This document shows positions 31,749 through 40,986 of a DNA stretch of 56,096 nucleotides, piece after piece. The stretch is from Roseburia faecis (GTDB taxonomy: Bacteria > Bacillota > Clostridia > Monoglobales > Monoglobaceae). The stretch covers positions 1 to 56,096 of the forward strand of contig CAVGTH010000001.1 in the NCBI GenBank assembly GCA_963632045.1, written 5' to 3'. The notes beneath the pieces are model-generated. The model had not been told where the DNA came from and did not search any database. It worked only from the letters and a program-made list of their open reading frames with translations. Within the stretch, counting starts at the first letter, position 1. Every line of letters starts with the position of its first letter. The position numbers were made by a program, and so were the translations under genes.

Positions 31749-32567
31749 TTACTTTTCGAGAATCGCATTCACCTGCGAAAGGCTTAACCCGAATTTCCGA
31801 CCGACTCTCGTCTTGTTCTTATCGAGTTTCGCTTCGGCTTTCACCGATTCGGCGAGTTCTTGCTTCTCGCGTCTGACATGATGCCAATCGGGAGAGGAAA
31901 TATCATCGCTCTCTTTGTCGAAGGGAATCTCATCCTCCGGGACAAACTGCCACCGGAATTTGATTCGTTCGACAACTTTCACTGTAACTCCAGCGGCCCG
32001 CGCAATATCGGTATTCGTAATGTTCGAATCCGATTTCTGTTCGTTCAGTCCTTCGATCACCATACGATACTGTTGACGGGTAAACTTAAGAGGCTGAGCG
32101 TCTCGAATTTGTTTCATCGTTCCGTGTCGCCCGGTCACATGTCGCACGTACTCTTCGAACGAGTAGTTATACTCGCCCGGTTGGTCGGCTTGCATTTGTT
32201 CGAACTCTTCGCGCAGTTGGCTCTCCGTAACGATCTCGCCTCGCTCGTCTTCGAATAGGCGTTCGGCCGAGTCCTTGACATCGGCCTTCTCGTCCTCGTC
32301 TTCCTTCGCTTCCCGAGCGACCTCGCGAGCGTAAATCCCGACCCAGTTCAACAGCTTGTTTCCGCGTCTCAGTTCGACGTCGAGCCGTCCGCTGTTCCAC
32401 ACCTTGATAAGCTCTTCGTCAGTATACTTCAACTGGCTGTTGACGTATTTTTTAAACTCCCTATAAGCCTCTTCCAAATCGTCGAACGAGTCGACGTCGT
32501 GCCATATGAATTCGTCGTCGATGAAAGTCCCGAGAATCAGCTGGTACTGTTTGTCCATCTTCGGCAT
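31749..32567 (-). CDS. modular hypothetical protein with C-terminal HTH; putative late/virion protein
   Basis: 272 aa, AGGAGG RBS; VKDS and IRDA boundaries; TDIARAAGVTVKVVER. Confidence 0.65.
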   Translation of the reverse strand: MPKMDKQYQLILGTFIDDEFIWHDVDSFDDLEEAYREFKKYVNSQLKYTDEELIKVWNSGRLDVELRRGNKLLNWVGIYAREVAREAKEDEDEKADVKDSAERLFEDERGEIVTESQLREEFEQMQADQPGEYNYSFEEYVRHVTGRHGTMKQIRDAQPLKFTRQQYRMVIEGLNEQKSDSNITNTDIARAAGVTVKVVERIKFRWQFVPEDEIPFDKESDDISSPDWHHVRREKQELAESVKAEAKLDKNKTRVGRKFGLSLSQVNAILEK

Positions 32568-32698
32568 TCCAATATTCCTCCTTGTCGAAAATTTTTCCCA
32601 AAGGTCCGAGCGTCATCTCGCGCCGGCAAAACACAAAAGCCCGCCGAGGAGAGGAGCGGTAGAAAATTGTTTTATCGGCCCGCTCGGACCTCAAGAAT

Positions 32699-32729
32699 AT
32701 TATACAATGCGTTTGCCCGAAAATATAGT
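32699..32729 (-). promoter_or_regulatory. putative late promoter ACTATATTTTC-N14-TATAAT
   Basis: same motif and spacing as 9404-9437. Confidence 0.7.
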
Positions 32730-32749
32730 AAAGGCGGTGAAAATTTTTT

Positions 32750-33043
32750 ATGACTCCCGAAACAAAAGTCAAAAACGCAATCTGCAAATTCCTGTCCGGA
32801 ATTCCGGGCCTCTACGTCGAGCGTCGACAAGCGGGCGGTTTCTCGTATCGAGCCGGTGCGCCGGATATCTGGTTCGTGTACCGAGGCCGTCACGTCGAGG
32901 TCGAGTTCAAAGCGCCGGACGGTCAGGTCCGGTCCCTCCAACTCAAACACGAACAGAAACTCACGAGCGCCGGGTCGCTCTACTGGCGAGGGAGCAATGT
33001 ATCCGAGTTCATCGAGTGGTTCGGAAAAAATTTCTCCGAATAA
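32750..33043 (+). CDS. VRR-NUC domain nuclease
   Basis: GAPD...EVEFKAPDG...LQ motif. Confidence 0.85.
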   Translation: MTPETKVKNAICKFLSGIPGLYVERRQAGGFSYRAGAPDIWFVYRGRHVEVEFKAPDGQVRSLQLKHEQKLTSAGSLYWRGSNVSEFIEWFGKNFSE

Positions 33044-33278
33044 CGAGAAATCGAAATCTTGATTATCTATTTTTGGTGGGGGCCCTCCGGGGCCCCTTTT
33101 CAATTGTGAACAAATTACGAAATTATTAAGGTAGGCAAATTATTAAGGCATTTTCCACTCATATATGGAGAACGATATATCTTATTTTTTATATATATCC
33201 TTCTCCCTCTATAATAAAAGAATATCTTAATAAAAAATATTTCTCAAAAATTCAGCCCTCGTGCACACATACGTGAGC

Positions 33279-33301
33279 GGGCCCCCTCAGTTGGTACCCT
33301 C
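33279..33301. repeat. 23-bp dispersed direct repeat, copy 2
   Basis: GGGCCCCCTCAGTTGGTACCCTC. Confidence 0.8.
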
Positions 33302-33755
33302 AAGTTATTGCTCACCCCGCCTACCGGCTCAAATTGCTCGTCCTCAAAATGGCCTTCGGCCAACTGAGGCTTTTTCTTTTTCTGTTAAGGGGGCCCGGGC
33401 TTTATGAGATGTTATCGTTATTAAAGACAAGGGCAGATTATTAAGAAATTTCTTAATAGAAAATTGACCCACGAAGTTTTTTATTGATTATGTGATTATC
33501 TCAGATAGTAACAAAGATATACAATTTTTTGAGTGCTAAATGGTGATTATCAAGATGAACCACGAAATCAACGCGTTTTGGAGGCCCCAATCACGAGATC
33601 TTATAAACCCCTCATTTTATAATCAACGATTATTAAGGGGTGTAATCAACGTAATTGGACCTTTAATAAAAATTTTTTATTTTTGGGCATATTTGATTTT
33701 GAATCGGAATCAACATAAATTAAGTGTTGATTATCTTTTATTTCAGTTCAATTTA

Positions 33756-33788
33756 CCGGCTTACAAATCTCGAAAAACGTGATATAAT
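33756..33788 (+). promoter_or_regulatory. early-type promoter CCGGCT-N21-TATAAT
   Basis: variant motif copy. Confidence 0.65.
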
Positions 33789-33825
33789 TATATATGTGAA
33801 AATCATTTGAAGGAGATAAAAGAAA

Positions 33826-34191
33826 ATGTTGGACTTGCAAAAATTGGGTGAGATGGCTGACCGATTGACTCCGGAAGAAATGCCGACTTTGATGAAACTC
33901 GTGACATCGCGATACGGCCGGCAACTCAAACTGAACGGGAAACTCAAACCGCAGCAGGTGCTGCCGTGCCCGAAATGCGGACGGAAACGTACGATTAAAA
34001 TTCGGCACGGAGACTTGCTTGAGTTTGCAAAGGTATGTGGAAATCCGGAATGTAACTTTACGGGATATATCAGTTCGACCGATTCGAAACGGGGCGGACA
34101 CGTCGTGTCCTGCTGGAATCGGGCTGTCAAAGATTATCTCGATAAAACATATGTCGAACCGGTAATCGACGAGAGCTGGCGCATTATATAA
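33826..34191 (+). CDS. Lar-like Zn-ribbon protein 1
   Basis: LPCPKCG...C....C...WNRAV. Confidence 0.6.
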   Translation: MLDLQKLGEMADRLTPEEMPTLMKLVTSRYGRQLKLNGKLKPQQVLPCPKCGRKRTIKIRHGDLLEFAKVCGNPECNFTGYISSTDSKRGGHVVSCWNRAVKDYLDKTYVEPVIDESWRII

Positions 34192-34206
34192 AGGAGGACT
34201 TTTCAA

Positions 34207-34554
34207 ATGGAATGGGACAATCTTCCGTCTGAATACAAACTCAGAATACTCGAACAGCATGTGACGCTCGATGAAGCGAAAGAGTTGGTCAGGAAATTGA
34301 AAGCAAATGCAAGAGTGCTGAAACCGTCACCGAACGTTTTCTCGTGTCCTCGATGCAATCACAAATATACGGTGCTGTGGTCGACAAAATATGCACCGGT
34401 GCAGTGGCGAAAACAATGCTGCCATTGCGGCTTCGCCGGCTATCCGGCACCGTCGAAATGGACCGTCAAAAAAGAGTGGAACCGTGCTGTGATTGACCAA
34501 CTGAACGACACCTATCAAACCCCCGAATATCGTGACGACTGGTACAAATTGTGA
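34207..34554 (+). CDS. Lar-like Zn-ribbon protein 2
   Basis: CPRC...CCHCGFAG...WNRAV. Confidence 0.6.
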   Translation: MEWDNLPSEYKLRILEQHVTLDEAKELVRKLKANARVLKPSPNVFSCPRCNHKYTVLWSTKYAPVQWRKQCCHCGFAGYPAPSKWTVKKEWNRAVIDQLNDTYQTPEYRDDWYKL

Positions 34555-34639
34555 TACTACAGTACTACTTTTAGCCCCTATTCACCATCACCCGAGGCTG
34601 TGCTGTCGCCACAGCAAAACAGATCGCCTTACTGTTTTA

Positions 34640-34673
34640 TCGGCCCCGAGAATAAGTCGATTCGTGTTATAAT
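34640..34673 (+). promoter_or_regulatory. early-type promoter TCGGCC-N22-TATAAT
   Basis: motif copy. Confidence 0.7.
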
Positions 34674-34701
34674 ATAATAAAGAAAGAGAGGATATGCAAT
34701 T

Positions 34702-35259
34702 ATGGAAAATTACATTATGCTTGACGGAAAGAAGATCGCCTTGACTGAAGAACAGGTCGCTCAGTTGAGAAGCGCCGCTTCATCGGATAACTCAGTGAAA
34801 CCCTTTAATCCGTGCGAGCGAACCAGAGATCAATTGTATTACTATTTGGACAGCAGGGGCACGAACCTTCTCGTGTCAGACGGTATTCAAGATGACTTTG
34901 ATTTGTTTGACAATGAGCTGTACGAGGACCTCGCGAATTACTTTAACGATAAAGACTTCGCAATGCACGTCGCGCTTAACCAGCTCCTGTATCGCAAACT
35001 CCTACAATATGCCTATAACAACAACGTCATCGATACCAACCCTTGGGACGGCATTACGACTCATTATTATATTTTGCAGCATTATATATCCGAAGGATGC
35101 TACAGTATCGTGCTCGGATATACGTGGTCTGAAGTACTTCCGTGTACCGTGTATTTCAAAGATTCGGCTGCTGCATTGCATGCAATTGAAGACGTGGTCA
35201 GACCGTTTAAGGAGGAATACCCCGATTTCAAAATTATTTGGAAAAATAAGGAGAAGTAG
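34702..35259 (+). CDS. hypothetical protein
   Basis: 185 aa with RBS after promoter. Confidence 0.65.
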   Translation: MENYIMLDGKKIALTEEQVAQLRSAASSDNSVKPFNPCERTRDQLYYYLDSRGTNLLVSDGIQDDFDLFDNELYEDLANYFNDKDFAMHVALNQLLYRKLLQYAYNNNVIDTNPWDGITTHYYILQHYISEGCYSIVLGYTWSEVLPCTVYFKDSAAALHAIEDVVRPFKEEYPDFKIIWKNKEK

Positions 35260-35261
35260 GA

Positions 35262-35639
35262 ATGAGATATAACCGTCTCCCATGTCCCAGATGTGCGGCC
35301 ATTCAAAAGCACACTCGATTCGTTCGGCAAGTGACCGATTCCAATATCCCATTTACGGAATATCTCAAATATCCCTACTATGTCGATACCGACGGCTCGG
35401 AACCGATGCCCCTCCTGTACAGGCTCGCCTGTACAGGGTGCGGCTTCGCCGGCTATACGAGCACCTCTCTCGATAAGAACAAACTCGCAAAACAATGGAA
35501 CGACGCTGTGCTTGACTACGGGAGGAATTGCTATAGCAGTCCGGCAAGAGTCTTCTTGTGGCTCAACATCAAGCAAACCTATAAACCGAGGAAAAAGAAG
35601 AAGGTGAAACACGATGAGCAAACCGACTTGTTATCGTAA
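35262..35639 (+). CDS. Lar-like Zn-ribbon protein 3
   Basis: LPCPRC...CTGCGFAG...WNDAV. Confidence 0.6.
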   Translation: MRYNRLPCPRCAAIQKHTRFVRQVTDSNIPFTEYLKYPYYVDTDGSEPMPLLYRLACTGCGFAGYTSTSLDKNKLAKQWNDAVLDYGRNCYSSPARVFLWLNIKQTYKPRKKKKVKHDEQTDLLS

Positions 35640-36069
35640 AGTCAAGATGTATAAAGCGCCGAAAATATCCGAGCCTTCGTCTCAGGAAAAGACGCTCGCA
35701 AGATGGCTTACGCGACTAAACGAAGAACTCGAAGGCTCGGGTTATAAATATGTGGTGGACCGACACAGTCAGTTGCGACTCGTATTGGCAGCCGACCTTA
35801 TCAACAATTCTTCGTTTTGGGAAGCGGCAAACCGACTGAAACTCGACGAGCAACACATTCGAACGTCTGCTTCGCCAGACTCCGAGAAAACCCCAGATCA
35901 TCCTGTGTTTTGGGGACAGCCTGCCCGGTATGGCCGCACAGAAGAGGATGCGTTTTTCGATACGCTAAGAAAGGTCAATGAACGTTCAACTTACGGGATG
36001 TACTGTAAATCGCCGTATTGCGACACAGACCAACTCACGATTGACGATGTGTTAAAGGAGGATAAGTGA
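35614..36069 (+). CDS. hypothetical protein
   Basis: 151-aa ORF in operon. Confidence 0.55.
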   Translation: MSKPTCYRKVKMYKAPKISEPSSQEKTLARWLTRLNEELEGSGYKYVVDRHSQLRLVLAADLINNSSFWEAANRLKLDEQHIRTSASPDSEKTPDHPVFWGQPARYGRTEEDAFFDTLRKVNERSTYGMYCKSPYCDTDQLTIDDVLKEDK

Positions 36070-36344
36070 TGCTCGACTATAAGAATCTGACGTCGAACCA
36101 ACTCAAGATGATTTGCAAGTATCACGGCTACGAGATTTATAAGCGGTCGCACAGACCGCATCGGTTGCCTTGTCCCGATTGTGGACTCAAGCGGACGGTC
36201 ATTGTGAAAGAACCCGAAACGGGACTCTACCGCCGTCGATGCGAGAGGTGCGGCTTCGTTGGACATGAGAGTAAGAGCATTAACGGAACCGCGAAAACGT
36301 GGAATCAAGCCGTTGAAGAGTACTTAAACAATTCATCTGTTTAA
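36066..36344 (+). CDS. Lar-like Zn-ribbon protein 4
   Basis: LPCPDCG...CERCGFVG...WNQAV. Confidence 0.6.
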   Translation: MMLDYKNLTSNQLKMICKYHGYEIYKRSHRPHRLPCPDCGLKRTVIVKEPETGLYRRRCERCGFVGHESKSINGTAKTWNQAVEEYLNNSSV

Positions 36345-36377
36345 GATGTTCTCAAAACACACGAAAGGATAACTTTC

Positions 36378-38252
36378 ATGATATATAATTTGCTTTATGC
36401 CTGGCAAAAACAAATCGTCGATTCGCTCTCGAAGAAAGTCTCGTTCGGGTTGTGGCTCGACTGCGGGCTCGGTAAGACTGTGCAGGCTCTCGCGCTCGCA
36501 GAACAGAATCAGTCGACGAAGGTTTTGATTGTGACACCGAACTGCAAAGCCTCGGAATCGGTCAACACTCCGGGTTCGTGGCAACAGTGGGCGATGAGAC
36601 TCGGTCCCGATAACGTCGACTGGGTGGTGCATTCGAAGGGCGACAAATACCCTGTGCATTCTCTGCAATACAATCGCGCTTCTGCGTCTGCTTCGCCAGA
36701 CAAGAAGGTCGCAACTGAGTCGCAAACTGAGTCGCAAACGGAGTGTCCGAAATCAGATAAAAATGACGAAAACAAAATTTTGAAATCTCAAAACTGCAAA
36801 AAACCGAAGAGACAAAAAGGGGTTGAGGCGTCGGCCATATTAAGCATTTCGTCGACACCTCTTCCTCCCGGTTCGGTCTCCGCGAATTCTGCGCGAACAA
36901 CTAAAGAGCAAAGGTTCGTGTTTAAGGAATGGGAGAGAAGCGTTTTCGTTTGCAATTATGAGAGTCTCTTTGTGCGGAATGCACAAGGAAAAAAGATACA
37001 ACTCAAACCCGAGATTCTGTCATTTTTGCAGGCTTGCAGACACCAGCCCGTGACACTTTTGCTTGATGAGTCTCATTATATCAAAGACCCCGAAGCGCAG
37101 CAGACGCTCGCTTTGCAGGCAATCAAACGAGAATTGATGTGCATGAGCTCATCGCTTCACACCTATCTTTTGACCGGTACTCCTTTTACGAGAGGCTTCA
37201 TCGATGTGTTCAACCAGTTGAAGTTCCTCGGATGTCAGATGACCAAGACACAATTCAAAGATCAGTTTTGTGTTCTCGGAAACATCAGGGGTCTCTTAGG
37301 TTGGCAGCAACCGATTGTCGGGTATAAAAACGTCGATAAACTGTACGAACTTATTCACAAGTATGCTTTAACGCTCAAGAGCGAGGATGTGTTGAAACTT
37401 CCAGAGCAGGTCTTTACGGAACACGTGCATGAGCCGTCACCGTATTTCACTCTCCTGACTCGCAAACGCCTGCCTCTCAAAACGATTCTCAATATCAACA
37501 ACGTTCGCAGAGAGCAAGGATTGACTGTGCTTGCGAACGAGGACATCGAAGTGTTGATATGCGTCTGGGAAGAAGAACACGGAAAAGAGTTGCATAGCGT
37601 CTCGTTTGACGATGCACTTAAAAACAATCTGTCGCTTCCGAACCCGTGGTACCGTAATATCGATTATCCTGAGACGGCATATCTTTGCGATACTCCGGGG
37701 TCGATGTGGATGCGCGCTCGTCAATTGAGTATCGGATTTCAAGGCAATGCCGAGGCTGCGACTTGGTATGACCAAATGAGACTTGATGAGATTCGAAAAC
37801 TTCTGACCGAACATGAGGATAATTATGTGGTCTTCTATAATTACGTACCGGAGTTTACGGAACTCTTTGACATGTGCGTCGAACTCGGATACAATATCGA
37901 TGTGTATAACGGCGACATCAAGTCGCTTGAGAACTATACGAGATATGTGAACGAGACTCCTGAGGCTCGACTTCTCGATAAGAAGAACGTGATTCTTTCT
38001 AACTTCGCGTCCGGTTCAACGGGGATGAATTGGCAGTTGTACAACCAGTGTATTATTGCGTCGCTTCCGACATATAAGCATTGGGCACAAGGTATCAAGC
38101 GTGTGCACCGGTCCGGATCGACGTCAACTGTTTTTTACCATATCTTCCTGTCAAGAACTTGGCTTGACCGAGGGATGTGGGAGACTTTGATGAACGGGGC
38201 AGAGTATTCGCAGGAGATGTTTGATAGAGCCTTGAATGAGGCGCAAATCTGA
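36378..38252 (+). CDS. SNF2-family (SF2) helicase
   Basis: GLGKT, NYESL, DESH, LLTGTP, STGMN, RVHRSG. Confidence 0.9.
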   Translation: MIYNLLYAWQKQIVDSLSKKVSFGLWLDCGLGKTVQALALAEQNQSTKVLIVTPNCKASESVNTPGSWQQWAMRLGPDNVDWVVHSKGDKYPVHSLQYNRASASASPDKKVATESQTESQTECPKSDKNDENKILKSQNCKKPKRQKGVEASAILSISSTPLPPGSVSANSARTTKEQRFVFKEWERSVFVCNYESLFVRNAQGKKIQLKPEILSFLQACRHQPVTLLLDESHYIKDPEAQQTLALQAIKRELMCMSSSLHTYLLTGTPFTRGFIDVFNQLKFLGCQMTKTQFKDQFCVLGNIRGLLGWQQPIVGYKNVDKLYELIHKYALTLKSEDVLKLPEQVFTEHVHEPSPYFTLLTRKRLPLKTILNINNVRREQGLTVLANEDIEVLICVWEEEHGKELHSVSFDDALKNNLSLPNPWYRNIDYPETAYLCDTPGSMWMRARQLSIGFQGNAEAATWYDQMRLDEIRKLLTEHEDNYVVFYNYVPEFTELFDMCVELGYNIDVYNGDIKSLENYTRYVNETPEARLLDKKNVILSNFASGSTGMNWQLYNQCIIASLPTYKHWAQGIKRVHRSGSTSTVFYHIFLSRTWLDRGMWETLMNGAEYSQEMFDRALNEAQI

Positions 38253-38266
38253 AATTATCAAAATTA

Positions 38267-38300
38267 TCGGCTCGGAAACGGGCCGATTTTGTGATATAAT
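38267..38300 (+). promoter_or_regulatory. early-type promoter TCGGCT-N22-TATAAT
   Basis: motif copy. Confidence 0.75.
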
Positions 38301-38332
38301 ATAAACGTACGAAAGAAGAGAGGAGATTAACT

Positions 38333-38620
38333 ATGGATAAGAAATTGGAAGATGTCTATAACAGAACACTTATAAGATGTATGTTAAGCGGGCAGAGAAC
38401 CAGTGTTTCCTGCAAGGACTTGATAAACGGTAATCGTTGTCCGCTTGATAACACAGAGATGGCTTGTGACCGCGATTGCAGGCGTACGCTTGAAGAGTGG
38501 AAGAGATGGTTGTATAAATTATCCGAGCATGCAGACAATGACGAACGCACACTTAATGACATTATTGATGAAGTTAAGCATGCTTTAACAAAACAAGATA
38601 GGGAGCAGTATATAAGATGA
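38333..38620 (+). CDS. Cys-rich hypothetical protein
   Basis: 95 aa with GAGGAG RBS. Confidence 0.6.
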   Translation: MDKKLEDVYNRTLIRCMLSGQRTSVSCKDLINGNRCPLDNTEMACDRDCRRTLEEWKRWLYKLSEHADNDERTLNDIIDEVKHALTKQDREQYIR

Positions 38621-38910
38621 AATATCAAGTAACGGTTAAAAATCCGACCGGCGAGAATCGCCTTGATGTCGCAACAAATCTTTTGCTTGTTGCATATTCT
38701 ACAGAAAACAGAAATTCGGTTTTAGTTGTCGGAGACGATTTCAAAGACAATGATATGGCAGTTATGCTGCATAGTATTAAAGCTTGCTATAAAGATGTTT
38801 ACAAGCAGCAAGATAAGATGGTTAAGAAGATGATACGGGCATATTCTCGTCATCGTTTTTGGAAGAATCTCAAGAATAAATTTTTTGGAATCAAGGAGGA
38901 TAATAACTAA
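38617..38910 (+). CDS. hypothetical protein
   Basis: coupled ORF. Confidence 0.55.
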   Translation: MKYQVTVKNPTGENRLDVATNLLLVAYSTENRNSVLVVGDDFKDNDMAVMLHSIKACYKDVYKQQDKMVKKMIRAYSRHRFWKNLKNKFFGIKEDNN

Positions 38911-39524
38911 TGGCACAGTCTTTCAAAAATCCGAGTCCTGAATTGCAGGACGCTTATGACATGACTTTGAAACATGCTGCAAATGCGCCTTATAAAAAGG
39001 ATGAATTTTACTGTAATATTTTGAGATGTATCAGTACAAACTGTCCATTTGCAGCGCATGGCAATTGTAATGATGAAACTGATACAAACGGCGCCGGTTA
39101 CAAAAGGACTTTTGCAGAGTGGCAAGAGTGGTGGCACAAGTTGACCGGTATCAAAGACGAGCGTCTTGAATCCGGATTTATTATGGAGACTCCCTGTACG
39201 GCAAATTCAAATGATACGGCTGAAGAAAAACCTACCGAATCTCTGGAACAGGAAATTCTTATCAACATCTGCTGGACTTTGGTTAACGGCGTTGAGATTA
39301 AAAAGCAGATTCGAATTGAAGAACTGTTTGATGAAATCGAAAAGTTCCAAACCGAATTGAGTGCATGGTATCTCGAAATGGCAAAGCCGATTGATGGTGT
39401 CGATGCGACATTTACTAATAGGATGCACTTTGAAGCATACACGGCTAAATTGGGGAAGACCCTCGTTGAGTACAATTTCAATTCTCAGATGTTCGGAAAA
39501 CGGAAAGTATGGGCTGAACTTTGA
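38910..39524 (+). CDS. hypothetical protein
   Basis: 204 aa; N-terminal CP...C...RT..EW..W resembles 38333 protein. Confidence 0.6.
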   Translation: MAQSFKNPSPELQDAYDMTLKHAANAPYKKDEFYCNILRCISTNCPFAAHGNCNDETDTNGAGYKRTFAEWQEWWHKLTGIKDERLESGFIMETPCTANSNDTAEEKPTESLEQEILINICWTLVNGVEIKKQIRIEELFDEIEKFQTELSAWYLEMAKPIDGVDATFTNRMHFEAYTAKLGKTLVEYNFNSQMFGKRKVWAEL

Positions 39525-39718
39525 AACAATTTTTCATTGCATATGATCCGAGGAAACAGGTCCTGACTTTTGTCAGGGCCGATTTTCCGGTAGAGGCTGC
39601 AAAGGTCCGGGCTATCTTAGCGGGGAATGAAAAAGTATCGCGTTTGAAGTTGCAAGTATGGCCTATGGCTGGTTCAAAGTTTAATTATATTAAATCTGTT
39701 TTGATGGAGGACTCATGA
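39521..39718 (+). CDS. hypothetical protein
   Basis: 65 aa coupled at both ends. Confidence 0.45.
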   Translation: MKQFFIAYDPRKQVLTFVRADFPVEAAKVRAILAGNEKVSRLKLQVWPMAGSKFNYIKSVLMEDS

Positions 39719-40272
39719 GAAACGATTCGTATTTGAAAGTCGATAAGACAAATAACGAAATGTATACTCCGTTCTACGCCGTTGAGCCTCTTATTAAATA
39801 CTTGCAAATGACTGAATATAAGAAAATCTGTTGCCCGTTTGATGAAGACTGGAGTGCTTATGTACAACGATTCAGAGAGCTCGGATATGAAGTGACGAAC
39901 GGCTCGCTGTTATCGGGAGTTGACTTTTTTGAATTGGATTTGCAAGACTGTGATATTATTATTTCAAATCCACCGTTTCAATATAAAGACGCAATACTGA
40001 CTAAACTCTATCAAAGCGGAAAACCGTTTGCAATGTTGCTTCCGCTTCCGACATTGCAAGGCAACAAACGGGCAAAGATGTTTGAGCAGTATGGTGTGCA
40101 GTTGCTTTCGTTTGATAAGCGAATTGGATTTCATTCACCAACCAGTATGCAAAAGATAACTGGTATTCCTTGTTTTGCGAGTGCGTACTTTTGCAGAGAT
40201 TTCCTTCCCGGAGAATTGATAGTCGAATCGCTTCCTGTTTTTGAGCGGCCGCTGATAAAGGAGGATGAATGA
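39715..40272 (+). CDS. small DNA N6-adenine methyltransferase-like protein
   Basis: YTP, CPFD, DFF, DIIISNPPF, LLP motifs. Confidence 0.75.
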   Translation: MRNDSYLKVDKTNNEMYTPFYAVEPLIKYLQMTEYKKICCPFDEDWSAYVQRFRELGYEVTNGSLLSGVDFFELDLQDCDIIISNPPFQYKDAILTKLYQSGKPFAMLLPLPTLQGNKRAKMFEQYGVQLLSFDKRIGFHSPTSMQKITGIPCFASAYFCRDFLPGELIVESLPVFERPLIKEDE

Positions 40273-40634
40273 TGCTTTGGTTATTTGAATTGGCTCCACC
40301 GGGCTACAATGAAGCAATGCTGGTAGAGGCGCCGAGTTATTACAGTGCGTGCTGTGATTTTATGAAATATATGACTACCTATACAGATTGCAAACTCACA
40401 CAAGGTGATTTGGATCACATGATTAAAATCAACGACTGCTCTGATGTGTTTGGACGGTTAGAGTATTTGGGGGAGTATCAGTTGAGATGTTATAATGAAG
40501 CTGTCAAAGAGTATTCCCCTTTACGTGTTCGGATTGCAAAAGTAAACCATTCAGTTATGTGGGTAAGGGATTTCGGAGCGCTTGATGAACCCAAATTTTC
40601 ATCGGCTCAATTAAAGGCCTTAAATGCGATATAA
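40269..40634 (+). CDS. hypothetical protein
   Basis: 121 aa coupled ORF. Confidence 0.55.
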   Translation: MMLWLFELAPPGYNEAMLVEAPSYYSACCDFMKYMTTYTDCKLTQGDLDHMIKINDCSDVFGRLEYLGEYQLRCYNEAVKEYSPLRVRIAKVNHSVMWVRDFGALDEPKFSSAQLKALNAI

Positions 40635-40635
40635 T
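40602..40635 (+). promoter_or_regulatory. early-type promoter TCGGCT-N22-TATAAT
   Basis: motif copy. Confidence 0.75.
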
Positions 40636-40665
40636 ATAAACATACGAAGAGAGGAGAATAAAATT

Positions 40666-40986
40666 ATGAAGTATTTTAACATTGCGGGTAAGAAGTCCTA
40701 TTTTGACATTGCGAAGTATGCAATCGGCGAGAGAGCTGCTTTGATGCTGTGCGATAAGGCTACGGATGAGTGTTATCCCGTCTCGGTAAATCTGCTTGAC
40801 GATGATGAAAAGCCGATTGTCCCCGAAGACTGTATCGCATTTGATGTCAACAATGTCGGGCCTGAAGTGTATGCGAGATTACTGCAGCTCGGCTTCATTG
40901 AAGAAGTCGATATTGAGAATAGCGGTTTCTGTCTCTATCCGGTTTGCCGGCTAAATATGAAATTGATAAAGGAGTATGCTGTATGA
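40666..40986 (+). CDS. DUF4313-like protein
   Basis: SVNL...FDVNN...SGFCLYP motif; ATG 40666 after GAGGAG. Confidence 0.6.
   Translation: MKYFNIAGKKSYFDIAKYAIGERAALMLCDKATDECYPVSVNLLDDDEKPIVPEDCIAFDVNNVGPEVYARLLQLGFIEEVDIENSGFCLYPVCRLNMKLIKEYAV

Noticed and set aside
33540..33782. 80-aa ORF in the non-coding gap
   Set aside because: No RBS, atypical composition, overlaps a promoter
36650..36910. Intein or intron in the SNF2 helicase
   Set aside because: No HN-[CST] intein end and no group I/II core motifs; the frame is open
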